This document shows, in pieces, positions 10,092 to 18,680 of a stretch of DNA of 64,000 nt (its first letter is position 1; every line of letters starts with the position of its first letter). Source of the stretch: Syntrophomonadaceae bacterium (lineage in GTDB: Bacteria; Bacillota; Syntrophomonadia; Syntrophomonadales; Syntrophomonadaceae); NCBI GenBank assembly GCA_028692415.1, contig JAQUXM010000002.1:9204-73203 (forward strand), written 5' to 3'. The position numbers and the translations under genes are program-made. A model generated the notes under the pieces. It had not been told where the DNA came from and searched no databases. It saw only the letters and a program-made list of their open reading frames with translations.

Positions 10092-10286
10092 CTATTTTTT
10101 TAGCGTGGTATTAGATTTCTTGCGAAAGCTAATAATTTCCTCCCTTATCTGACGAGTTTTCTCCTTAACCACAAATTTTTTCCCCGTATTAAGGGTAACT
10201 ACCGTGTCCGGAGTCTCCTCCATCAACTCGATCATATCGATATTGACCATTATTTTATCACCATTTAGACGGGTAAGGTAAATCAT
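10092..10286 (-). CDS. flbD: Flagellar protein FlbD
   Basis: 64 aa, MIYLTRLNGDKIMVNIDMIELMEETPDTVVTL..., typical of FlbD. Located between flgE and fliL. Confidence 0.8.
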   Translation of the reverse strand: MIYLTRLNGDKIMVNIDMIELMEETPDTVVTLNTGKKFVVKEKTRQIREEIISFRKKSNTTLKK

Positions 10287-10305
10287 TTGTTCACCTCGAA
10301 TCTAT

Positions 10306-10336
10306 TTTCCCACCAGGGTATTACCCTGGTGGGAAA
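10306..10336 (-). other. 13-bp GC-rich hairpin in the flgE-flbD spacer (intra-operon RNA structure)
   Basis: tttcccaccaggg-tatta-ccctggtgggaaa. It starts 9 nt after the flgE stop codon and has no U-tract. Confidence 0.6.
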
Positions 10337-10344
10337 TCTTATTA

Positions 10345-11817
10345 TTAGCGTTTAAGGTTGACCAGTTCCTGAATCATCTCATCAGAGGTGGTTATTATTC
10401 TGGAGTTGGCCTGAAAACCACGCTGGGTTGTAATCATATCGGTAAACTCTTCCGACAAATCGACATTGGACATCTCCAGACTGTTGGGGATGATGTCGCC
10501 CTTGCCACTCTCTCCGGGAGGAGCTATGACCTCAACGCCGGAATTGGATGACTTCTGAAACAGTGTCCCTCCTACCTGATTCAAACCCCCAGGGTTTTCA
10601 AAAGTAGCCAGTGCCACCCTTGCCAAACTCTTGCTTTCTCCATTATCGTAAATGCCTTTGATGGTCCCGTCAGTACCCACATTGTAACTAATCAAACTGC
10701 CATCCTTATATCCGTTCTGGGTAGCAGTTCCGCTAGCATCGGAATCATACTGGGTGAATTCATTTAAATCAACGGTAAATTCAATGGTTTGCGCCATCGC
10801 CCCATCAACCGGTGTGGTATCATTCCTCTCGATGGTAAGTTTTACCTGTGACAACCAAGGAGAATTCTCGGGATCCTGTATTTTTCCGTCCTCATCAAAC
10901 TGTAGATTATAAATTCTAATCACATTTTGCCCTGATTCCAGACCCAGGTCACCGGTTGCAGGCGCATCCTCAGTAGCAGTAGTTAGATCTACCGCAGTAA
11001 AATCTGCAGCAGTATAGCCTGTTGCCTGGTCAAATGTTGAGTCCAGGGAAATATCACAAGCCCAGTTGGTCAGAGCTGGGGGGCCGGCATCCATACCGGT
11101 CTTAAAAAAGCGCATGTTAACGGTGACCGGCCTGCCTACCGAGTCATATACATCCCTGGAAACAATCAATGTATCATCACTTGAACTGGGATATTGCGAA
11201 TCATCGGTTGGGTCGATATTGGCTGCAGGCGTACCTACTTGCGGTATTTCCATACCGGCATATAGATTGCCCGTAACCGTCATCTCGGTAGTGGTTTTGG
11301 CATCACATTTTTTAAAACCACTTATATCAATATTTCGCATATTGGCATTGGTGTCTATTATCCAATCTCCGCTGTCGGGATCTTCCAACCCGGCAGTCAG
11401 CCAGCCCTGAACATTATACCCGTTGGCGACATTGGTCAGCATGCCTTCTTCATCAAAATCAAAATTGCCACAGCGGGTATAATAGTCCTGTTCACCAGTT
11501 TTCAACACAAAATATCCATTTCCGTCCACAGCCATATCAGTCATCCGATTGGTCACCGTAGTAGCTGCCGCGGTATGAATCTGGTCCACACTGCTTACGG
11601 CCATTCCCAAACCAATACCCATGGGGTTTGTCCCTCCCCGGCTGCCGGAAACAGCACCTGTAGCGCCTTTCATCGACTGGTAAAGGGTATCCTTGAATAC
11701 TACCCGGCTCTTCTTGTAACCCGCGGTATTGATATTAGCAATATTATTGCCTATTACATCCATCCTGACCTGGTGGTTCTTTAATCCCGAAACCCCAGAA
11801 TACATGGAACGCATCAT
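10345..11817 (-). CDS. flgE: Flagellar hook protein FlgE
   Basis: 490 aa. Has the rod/hook N-terminal motif (SGLKNHQVRMDVIGNNIANINTAGYK) and the conserved C-terminus (ITTQRGFQANSRIITTSDEMIQELVNLKR). Confidence 0.95.
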   Translation of the reverse strand: MMRSMYSGVSGLKNHQVRMDVIGNNIANINTAGYKKSRVVFKDTLYQSMKGATGAVSGSRGGTNPMGIGLGMAVSSVDQIHTAAATTVTNRMTDMAVDGNGYFVLKTGEQDYYTRCGNFDFDEEGMLTNVANGYNVQGWLTAGLEDPDSGDWIIDTNANMRNIDISGFKKCDAKTTTEMTVTGNLYAGMEIPQVGTPAANIDPTDDSQYPSSSDDTLIVSRDVYDSVGRPVTVNMRFFKTGMDAGPPALTNWACDISLDSTFDQATGYTAADFTAVDLTTATEDAPATGDLGLESGQNVIRIYNLQFDEDGKIQDPENSPWLSQVKLTIERNDTTPVDGAMAQTIEFTVDLNEFTQYDSDASGTATQNGYKDGSLISYNVGTDGTIKGIYDNGESKSLARVALATFENPGGLNQVGGTLFQKSSNSGVEVIAPPGESGKGDIIPNSLEMSNVDLSEEFTDMITTQRGFQANSRIITTSDEMIQELVNLKR

Positions 11818-11937
11818 AGTTCACACGACCTCCTCTATTTTAATCTTCTTAATCCACTGCATCCTGCAGTGTTTAACGCCATTTTGGAATGCTTCCTTCA
11901 TTCCGCATTCCCGGGCTTCCTTTTAAGAGGTCCAGCC

Positions 11938-12324
11938 CTAGATTATAACTGCACTATCGATGTTTGTAAAGATATTCTCTTTTAAATTCTGACCGTCTAC
12001 GGCGGTAACCACAGTATTGTTCTTGACGCTTACTACCAAGGCCAAATCCTGCATTAGGATTAAGGAATCGCGGGCACCCTTTTGTCGAGCTTTGATGACT
12101 GCATCCTGCAGTTTATCCAGTTCACCGGCACTCAATTCAATATTCCTGGATTTCAGCCTTTCCCTCGCATGCTGGGAAAACTTCAGTTCTCCCTGCAGCT
12201 TTTGATCCAGAACCTGCCCAAAATTGGTTCCGGTTTGTGATTTAACCGACTTGTCTTTTCGTGACGTGGATGGTTGAACTATTTGTTGCTGGGGAAAAGA
12301 AATCCGGTTATCCAAGCTACTCAT
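11938..12324 (-). CDS. Small flagellar-operon protein of unknown function, between flgD and flgE
   Basis: 128-aa ORF overlapping the flgD stop. Assigned by conserved position only. Confidence 0.55.
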   Translation of the reverse strand: MSSLDNRISFPQQQIVQPSTSRKDKSVKSQTGTNFGQVLDQKLQGELKFSQHARERLKSRNIELSAGELDKLQDAVIKARQKGARDSLILMQDLALVVSVKNNTVVTAVDGQNLKENIFTNIDSAVII

Positions 12325-12877
12325 CCTCCTCCAACAAAGAGGTACTCATTGCATCAATCCTTTCTAAAATCTCATATAGAAGCTGCTGGTCAACCGTAGT
12401 ACTCTGAATACCAATTTCTGATACACTGCTCATAGCTATTTCCTGGTCATCTATAACATAATATGATACGCCATTTTTGACGAGCACGGATTCAATGGTA
12501 CCCGTAAGTAAGCTTGTTGAATCATCTGGATCTACATAACTTACCTCCCGGCCAATCATGGTACTGGCCTGTTGCAACATTAGATTGGGAAGCAGGGTCC
12601 CGGTAATGGTATCTGATAATTTTGTGAAACTTGTGTTCAAATTACTCATCTGTTCCAGTGAGCTGAAATTGGCCATCTGCGACATAAATTCCTTGTCTTC
12701 AACCGGATTTGTAGGATCCTGGTATTGGAGTTCGACCAACAGAAGTTTGAGAAAAGCATCCTTGTCCAAGGTATTACTTGTACTGGTATTGCTGGTTGTT
12801 GATGTACTTTCCTCTGTCTTCAGCCAGGGAACGGTTTCATAGGTTACGCCATTGATTGTCGTCGACATATATTTCAC
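12317..12877 (-). CDS. flgD: Flagellar hook assembly/capping protein FlgD
   Basis: Contains DKDAFLKLLLVELQYQDPTNPVEDKEFMSQMANFSSLEQ, typical of FlgD. Confidence 0.9.
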   Translation of the reverse strand: MKYMSTTINGVTYETVPWLKTEESTSTTSNTSTSNTLDKDAFLKLLLVELQYQDPTNPVEDKEFMSQMANFSSLEQMSNLNTSFTKLSDTITGTLLPNLMLQQASTMIGREVSYVDPDDSTSLLTGTIESVLVKNGVSYYVIDDQEIAMSSVSEIGIQSTTVDQQLLYEILERIDAMSTSLLEEDE

Positions 12878-12880
12878 CTC

Positions 12881-15202
12881 CTAAACCAAAAAATTCATGG
12901 TTCCGTTACTGCCTATGCCATAATCCTGCTCGGATATGGCACTTGCTTCAATTTCATCAATATCAGCATTGCCAAGCCCGGTCTGGTATCCTTGATCCGT
13001 GAAACTAGGCTGGTATTGGCTGCTCATAAACTGCTGCCGCTGCCAGGATTCTTGGGAGTTTTGGCCGGAACCGTCAAACATCCCACCGTTGTTTAGTTGT
13101 ACATTGACTTCGGTCTTTTCCACTCTAATTCCCTGAGCCTCCAGCGTTTGTTTGAGCGTATTCAGGTTGCTGTCCAGCATCTGCTTTACTTGATGGCTGT
13201 CGGTAATAAACCGGGCAGTCACCAATCCTTCTTCGACTGATATCTTGATGGTCATCTTGCCCAAAAATTCAGGCTGCAATTGAATCTTCATCTCTGAAGA
13301 ATTCAGCTTTACCATCATTTCTGCTTTCTTAACAATTTGGTCCAGAACTTGCTCCGGCTCCGCAATCAGGCTGCTGGTTGTCGGTAAAGCTGTACTGCGT
13401 ATTAGCTGGGCTTTATCACTTTCTAAACCAGTTTTGCCTAGTAACAAAAGGCTTGTTTCTCCTTCTGCTTTTTCGCCTTTGACCACTGTTTCAGCTTTTG
13501 CTTGAATACCTTCACCGCTATCAGTCTTTAGCCGTTTGCTTTCGTATTCTATCAGCTTTTTAACATCAGTAGGCGTTTGCTTGTTTTGAGCTTTTTCAAG
13601 CTTCGTTTCCATTCCGGCAACGGCCTTGAATCGTATTTCACTCTGAGTTGGTTTGGATTCGCTTTTCATGCTTTCTGTACTCGCCTGATCGCTTTCGGCA
13701 GTCATATTTGCTTGTTCGGGCACTATGATTGAAGCTGCTTTTTTATCGCCTGAAGTTAGCTTGTTTACCAATACTCCCGCATCAATGACTGTTTCCGCAC
13801 CTAGCACCTTGGTTTTTCTTCCCGGATTATTGGCATCTGTTAGTTTTGCATTCTGCTGGCTGGCTATACCAAGCTGTGTTAGCACCGCCATATTTTGAAC
13901 TGTAGGAGATTCACTTACCGTTACTGCTTCCAGTTCAAGTTCACTGCCGGTTTCCATCTCTGCTTGTTTCTCCGGCTTATCCATACCAGGCTCCATGACC
14001 ACTTCTGTACTAATTGCCTCAGTTTCACTTGCAGGTACTGCTTCCAACCCAAGCGGTTCACTGCCGGCATTCGTCTCGGTTTTAATTTGTGCTTGCTTCT
14101 CCGGCTTATTTATACCAAGTTCCATAACCACTTCTGTACTAATTGCCCCAGCTTCACTTACAGGTACTGCTTCCGGAGCATGCTGTTCACTGCCCGCATT
14201 CGTCTCGGCTTTAATCTGTGCTTGCTTCTCCGGCTTATCCATACCAAGCTCCATGACCACTCCTGCACTAATTGCCCCAGCTTCACTTGCAGGTACTGCT
14301 TCCGGAGCATGCTGTTCACTGCCGGCATTCGTTTCGGCTTTAATCTGTGCTTGCTTCTCCAGCTTATCGACTGCCATTTCGGGTTGAGCCGGAATAATTT
14401 CACTAAGCAATGGCTTTAAATCAATAGCTGAATCTTGAATTGCCAGCGGCAGTTTGATTTCCGGAACTTGTTTTATGGGAGCAGCTTCACCCGTTATAGG
14501 TTCCATATGGTTTGCAGCTGTTTCATCGCTAATGGACCCGATTGTTATTGTTTCCATCACCGGAACCTGCTTTGACAAAACCACTTCCGACAAGCTTAGC
14601 TGTTGCAGTCCGCTTACTTGCTCCTTTGGCATTCCCCCATGGGGTAAAGGATTTTCCTGGAGAGGGATAACTTGAGCAGTATCTTGCGGAAGCTTAATAA
14701 GCAAATCAGCCCCATCAACCTCTAAACTTGCAGATTCACTAAGCTGTGCTGCAGTTTCCGCCGGCAACTCCGGAATTATTTCCTGAGCCATTAATACTGG
14801 AATATCACTTAAGTTCATATTGTTCGATACTTCCTGCGCAGTACTTTCCAGTTTTAATTCTTCGTCAACGGCAAGCTCTTCATCTATTGCTGTTAATTCC
14901 CTTGGCACTGCTTGCCCGGTTTGCTTCCGACTCACTGGAAAGGGTTTTTCAAAAGGATCACTTTCGATTATTTGCTTGGCAGGATAGGAACTAATACTAG
15001 TTTCTGGCCTTTCTACAACTGCTTCTTTGGTGCTGTACGGCAAATCTTTACTCTCGCTACTGTTGCGGGTGAGTTTTTGCAGTTGTTTATTGAAGCTGTT
15101 TAATCCTGCTTTGGCCTTTGGGGAAGACAATCCAGCTTTTTCAGACTTCCTTGACATGACTGGTACGGCTGCCTGCATCTCTACCATTTGCACTTGTGTC
15201 AA
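12881..15202 (-). CDS. fliK: Flagellar hook-length control protein FliK with an internal 43-aa tandem repeat (the track ORF extends to 15235)
   Basis: C-terminal Flg_hook-like domain (MKIQLQPEFLGKMTIKISVEEGLVTARFITDSHQVKQMLD). Located between the ylxF-like gene and flgD. GGAGGTG lies 5 nt before the TTG at 15202. Confidence 0.85.
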   Translation of the reverse strand: MTQVQMVEMQAAVPVMSRKSEKAGLSSPKAKAGLNSFNKQLQKLTRNSSESKDLPYSTKEAVVERPETSISSYPAKQIIESDPFEKPFPVSRKQTGQAVPRELTAIDEELAVDEELKLESTAQEVSNNMNLSDIPVLMAQEIIPELPAETAAQLSESASLEVDGADLLIKLPQDTAQVIPLQENPLPHGGMPKEQVSGLQQLSLSEVVLSKQVPVMETITIGSISDETAANHMEPITGEAAPIKQVPEIKLPLAIQDSAIDLKPLLSEIIPAQPEMAVDKLEKQAQIKAETNAGSEQHAPEAVPASEAGAISAGVVMELGMDKPEKQAQIKAETNAGSEQHAPEAVPVSEAGAISTEVVMELGINKPEKQAQIKTETNAGSEPLGLEAVPASETEAISTEVVMEPGMDKPEKQAEMETGSELELEAVTVSESPTVQNMAVLTQLGIASQQNAKLTDANNPGRKTKVLGAETVIDAGVLVNKLTSGDKKAASIIVPEQANMTAESDQASTESMKSESKPTQSEIRFKAVAGMETKLEKAQNKQTPTDVKKLIEYESKRLKTDSGEGIQAKAETVVKGEKAEGETSLLLLGKTGLESDKAQLIRSTALPTTSSLIAEPEQVLDQIVKKAEMMVKLNSSEMKIQLQPEFLGKMTIKISVEEGLVTARFITDSHQVKQMLDSNLNTLKQTLEAQGIRVEKTEVNVQLNNGGMFDGSGQNSQESWQRQQFMSSQYQPSFTDQGYQTGLGNADIDEIEASAISEQDYGIGSNGTMNFLV
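13915..14372 (-). repeat. 129-bp (43-aa) in-frame tandem repeat inside fliK: three full units plus partial flanking units
   Basis: The unit start ccggcttat recurs at 13972, 14101 and 14230, and as ccagcttat at 14359, exactly 129 bp apart. The protein repeat is ...PEKQAQIKAETNAGSEQHAPEAVPASEAGAIS..VVMELG.DK. Confidence 0.95.
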
Positions 15203-15242
15203 TCTTTCACCTCCTTTTCGATAAAATCCCCTCATCTAAGGG

Positions 15243-15286
15243 GTCAGGAATAAGGGGAGAATACCCCCTCATTCCTGACTCCTCAA
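15243..15286 (-). repeat. SD-like heptad motif plus hairpin, directly after the ylxF-like stop codon
   Basis: Sense strand reads UUGAGGAGUCAGGAAUGAGGGGG, i.e. GAG-N4-CAG-N4-GAG. A 15-bp hairpin spans 15243-15279; its single mismatch is a G.U only on the minus strand. Confidence 0.7.
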
Positions 15287-15895
15287 CTAAGGTACCGCCA
15301 CCAGCATCTTCTTACTGATATTAGCTGCTTTATCCCGATCCATATTTTCCATTAACTCGGCTACCAAATCACTTTCCATAGCGGTAAAGATACCAATAAT
15401 ATCTTCGTCACTTAAACGCGATAATATATCGGCAGCATTTTTGGCTTTCATTTCAGAAAAATAAACAGCCATATCTTTATAAGCGGACGCCTTGCTTTCC
15501 TCTTTAGCCTTCAAATCCAATATTTCTTTGTTTAGCCGGGCTATCTCTTCCTTCAGCATATCATCATCCTGCTCCGTAACCTTTAGATCTTTTTTGGCGT
15601 CAGCAATTGCTGCCTGAGCTTTCTCCATTTCAGCCCTTTTTTCTTCAAGTATTTTCTCCAGTCTTTCATTATCCCGGACATAGCGTTCTTTTTGCTTCAA
15701 TACCTGTTCATACTGAACTACCGATACTTTATCCATGCTTTGTGATATATAGCTGCCTAGAAAGGGTATGCTGTTAAGAAAGGCCGGGGTGGAAAAAACA
15801 TTTAGATACATAAGCAGGTAAGCTCCTCCCCCTAGAATAAAGAGCATTAGAAGCAGATAAAACATGATTTTGATTTTTCGCAAAATCTTGGCCAT
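15287..15895 (-). CDS. YlxF-like flagellar-operon protein (N-terminal TM helix, coiled coil, MgtE-N-like C-terminus)
   Basis: 202 aa, located between fliJ and fliK as ylxF is in B. subtilis. C-terminus reads ADILSRLSDEDIIGIF... Confidence 0.65.
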   Translation of the reverse strand: MAKILRKIKIMFYLLLMLFILGGGAYLLMYLNVFSTPAFLNSIPFLGSYISQSMDKVSVVQYEQVLKQKERYVRDNERLEKILEEKRAEMEKAQAAIADAKKDLKVTEQDDDMLKEEIARLNKEILDLKAKEESKASAYKDMAVYFSEMKAKNAADILSRLSDEDIIGIFTAMESDLVAELMENMDRDKAANISKKMLVAVP

Positions 15896-15990
15896 ATATT
15901 AAAAACTCTCCTGTATGTCAAAGTAAATACGTATTAATTAAGGACTAATTTGCTTGTATTCGCCATGCTCTGGATACCGCGTGAATTTAT

Positions 15991-16027
15991 GGCGGGGGAT
16001 CTACTCCTCACACCCCTACGCCTCACC
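15991..16027 (-). repeat. SD-like heptad motif, 3 nt after the fliJ stop codon
   Basis: Sense strand reads GGUGAGGCGUAGGGGUGUGAGGAGUAG, followed by the C-rich partner AUCCCCCGCC. Confidence 0.7.
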
Positions 16028-16030
16028 ATA

Positions 16031-16480
16031 CTACGATATATGCTTGCGATAGTGATTATTAATGGCAATCTCATCAACTATTTTCTGTTCTTCCAAACTG
16101 AGCTGGTGAAGGTATTCCTGCCAGTCCTTTTCTTTTAATTTCTCCATGGTATTGGTTTCTTTGATTCTTGCTATTAAGACTTGACGAGCCTTTTCCAAAA
16201 TCAACTCAGCCTTATATAATAATTCCTCGATATCTTTGATCTGGGTTTTGATTATTGGGAGATATTCTTTCTTGATTAAAAGTTCTTGAAAGCTATGTTC
16301 CTGCCAGGTAAATTCTCTAATTGCCTGCTCCAAGGATATTAGGCGTCTTACGGCCTGCTCCAATCGCTCCAGGATGCGATCCCGTTCATAAATACAGATT
16401 TGTAATTCATCGCGGGCTAGCTGCTCCTGCCTTATGGATATATCCAATTTAGTCTGTAATCTGAAGCGAAAAGCTTTCAT
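16031..16480 (-). CDS. fliJ: Flagellar export chaperone FliJ
   Basis: 149-aa coiled-coil protein immediately after fliI. Confidence 0.8.
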   Translation of the reverse strand: MKAFRFRLQTKLDISIRQEQLARDELQICIYERDRILERLEQAVRRLISLEQAIREFTWQEHSFQELLIKKEYLPIIKTQIKDIEELLYKAELILEKARQVLIARIKETNTMEKLKEKDWQEYLHQLSLEEQKIVDEIAINNHYRKHIS

Positions 16481-16489
16481 AAGATACTC

Positions 16490-17818
16490 CTAGCTTTGCA
16501 CAGCATATTCCAGTTTAGCAAGCGTATCTTCCAGGGAAGATTCATCATAAATATCTTGTTTTAGGAATTCACGACATTTATTTATGAGCTTAACTGCTTC
16601 ATCTATGCGAGGGTTTGAACCTTTTTTATAAGCTCCGATATCGATAAGATCTCTGGCTTCTTCATAGGTTGCCAGGAGACTTCGAAAACGGCTGGCATTC
16701 TTCATCTGGGTATCGGCGACAACATCAATCATTACGCGGCTTATGCTCTGTCCGACATCAATGGCCGGATAAAGATTCAAAGCGGCCATACTCCGGCTTA
16801 AGGCTATATGCCCATCCAATATACCTCTTGCAGCATCCGTTATCGGCTCGTTCATGTCATCGCCTTCAACCAGAACGGAATATAAACCAGTAATACTTCC
16901 ATCTTCAGAAGTCCCTGCCCTTTCCAGCAATTTGGGCAGTAACGCAAAAACCGAAGGGGTATAGCCTCTGGTTGCCGGCGGTTCACCTATGGCTAGACCA
17001 ACTTCACGTTGAGCCAGAGCAAAGCGGGTCACAGAGTCCATTAAAAGTAATACATCTTTACCCTGATCACGAAAATATTCAGCAATACTGGTGGCTACGA
17101 AAGCTCCTTTTAGCCTAACCAGAGCAGGCTGGTCAGAAGTTGCTACAACCACCACGGAGCGGGCTAGCCCTTCATCCCCCAGATCACGCTCGAGAAATTC
17201 CCGAACCTCGCGTCCTCTTTCGCCAATTAGCGCTATAACATTGATATCCGCATTAGTGTTCCTGGCAATCATACCAATAAGCGTACTCTTTCCTACCCCG
17301 CTGCCAGCCATAATACCCATGCGCTGACCCTTGCCAATCGTTATCAAGCCATCAATAGCCTTGACTCCCACCTGCAGGATTTCACTTATTCGCTTTCTTT
17401 TCAAAGGATTGGGGGGATGATTCATTACCGGGTAGCTGCTCTCGGATTTGATTCGGCCTTTATCATCAATGGGCTCACCCAGACCGTTCAAAACCCGGCC
17501 TTTAAGCTCCATACCTACTTTCACCCTGAGGGTAGTACCACTCGCCAGCAGTTCACTTCCGGGGCCAATACCTTCTATATTGCCCAGGGGCATCAAAAGA
17601 ATTTTATTATTCTTAAAACCGGCTACCTCAGCAGGTATTAATTGCCGGTCAGCATAGTTGGTTTTTATGTAACAGAGTTCCCCAAGCTTAACCCTCGGTC
17701 CGCTGGCTTCCAGGGTCAAGCCGATTGCCTGGGAAATCTTCCCCTTAAGTTGACAACTCGGTGCTTTTTCCAAGGCGTCCAAGTATTTTTCTATGTCCAG
17801 GGCTGACTGTCTATTCAT
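16490..17818 (-). CDS. fliI: Flagellum-specific ATPase FliI
   Basis: Walker A motif GSGVGKST, Walker B motif VLLLMDSVTR, and F1/T3SS ATPase-like sequence throughout. Confidence 0.95.
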   Translation of the reverse strand: MNRQSALDIEKYLDALEKAPSCQLKGKISQAIGLTLEASGPRVKLGELCYIKTNYADRQLIPAEVAGFKNNKILLMPLGNIEGIGPGSELLASGTTLRVKVGMELKGRVLNGLGEPIDDKGRIKSESSYPVMNHPPNPLKRKRISEILQVGVKAIDGLITIGKGQRMGIMAGSGVGKSTLIGMIARNTNADINVIALIGERGREVREFLERDLGDEGLARSVVVVATSDQPALVRLKGAFVATSIAEYFRDQGKDVLLLMDSVTRFALAQREVGLAIGEPPATRGYTPSVFALLPKLLERAGTSEDGSITGLYSVLVEGDDMNEPITDAARGILDGHIALSRSMAALNLYPAIDVGQSISRVMIDVVADTQMKNASRFRSLLATYEEARDLIDIGAYKKGSNPRIDEAVKLINKCREFLKQDIYDESSLEDTLAKLEYAVQS

Positions 17819-18680
17819 CAGTTGTCACTTCCTGAACTGCTTTTTCCATATTGGCAATTCTAGTCTCAAGTCTCGAATCTGCAGACCCGGCATCACTCTC
17901 CAGCATGCATCCTCCGGCTGTTATGCGATCATCGGCATAAATATTTATTTGCATATCGTTACTACCAATATCGGTAAAACTTTCGGTTTCCATTACTTTA
18001 AAAATTCTCTCTACATCCTGTGGGTTAACATATACGGTAACATTGCCGGGCTGATCTAAAAATCCCAAGGCTTCTCGAAGTACATTAACAATGATATTGG
18101 GGTTAGTTGTTAGTTCGCCACCAATGACCTTTTTAGCTACCGCCATCGCCAAACGGACCATATCTGATTCGCTGGCTTTCATCATATTCAGTTTGGTTTG
18201 CCGGGCTTCTTCCAGTAATTTCTGACTCTGCTCAATAGCCAGCATGCGATCGGCTTCTATTTCCTCTTGAGCATTTTTTAGACCGTGATCATACCCTTCC
18301 TTATGGCTAGTTTCGCGAATCTTTGCAGCTTCTTCATACACCTTTTCTCTAACTACCTCTGCTTCCTCATGGGCGTTGGAAATAATCGTTTTAGCTTCAT
18401 CCCTTACCTTTTGCAGCAGTTCCATAACCATATGCTCGGTTTCATTTAATATCTTTTCACTCTCTAATTTCAGGCGTTCCAATTCTTGTCTTTCTTTTTC
18501 AATTCTATCATCGACCTCTGCATCAAGCTCTCCCGTATTTTCCTCAACAGCTATATTTTCCAGCGATGCAAGGCTCTCCCTTTTTATCTTTTCCAACTCA
18601 TACATAGTCGACAGATCTATGATTTTGGGCTGGGAAATGAGCAACTCACTTCGTTTTATTATTTTAGACAATAACCTCAT
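17811..18680 (-). CDS. fliH: Flagellar assembly protein FliH
   Basis: 289 aa with a charged coiled-coil region and a FliH-type C-terminus. Overlaps both fliG and fliI. Confidence 0.75.
   Translation of the reverse strand: MRLLSKIIKRSELLISQPKIIDLSTMYELEKIKRESLASLENIAVEENTGELDAEVDDRIEKERQELERLKLESEKILNETEHMVMELLQKVRDEAKTIISNAHEEAEVVREKVYEEAAKIRETSHKEGYDHGLKNAQEEIEADRMLAIEQSQKLLEEARQTKLNMMKASESDMVRLAMAVAKKVIGGELTTNPNIIVNVLREALGFLDQPGNVTVYVNPQDVERIFKVMETESFTDIGSNDMQINIYADDRITAGGCMLESDAGSADSRLETRIANMEKAVQEVTTDE

Noticed and set aside
13972-14358. Regularly spaced direct repeats that could superficially suggest a CRISPR-like array
   Set aside because: The units are contiguous with no unique spacers. 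The 129-bp period is a multiple of 3, and the units lie in frame inside fliK.
13895-14419. Three overlapping ORFs (13895..14419 +, 13995..14387 +, 14158..14403 -) with internally repetitive translations
   Set aside because: They are artefacts of the 129-bp fliK tandem repeat read in other frames or on the other strand. The fliK frame is continuous and has a recognisable C-terminal domain.
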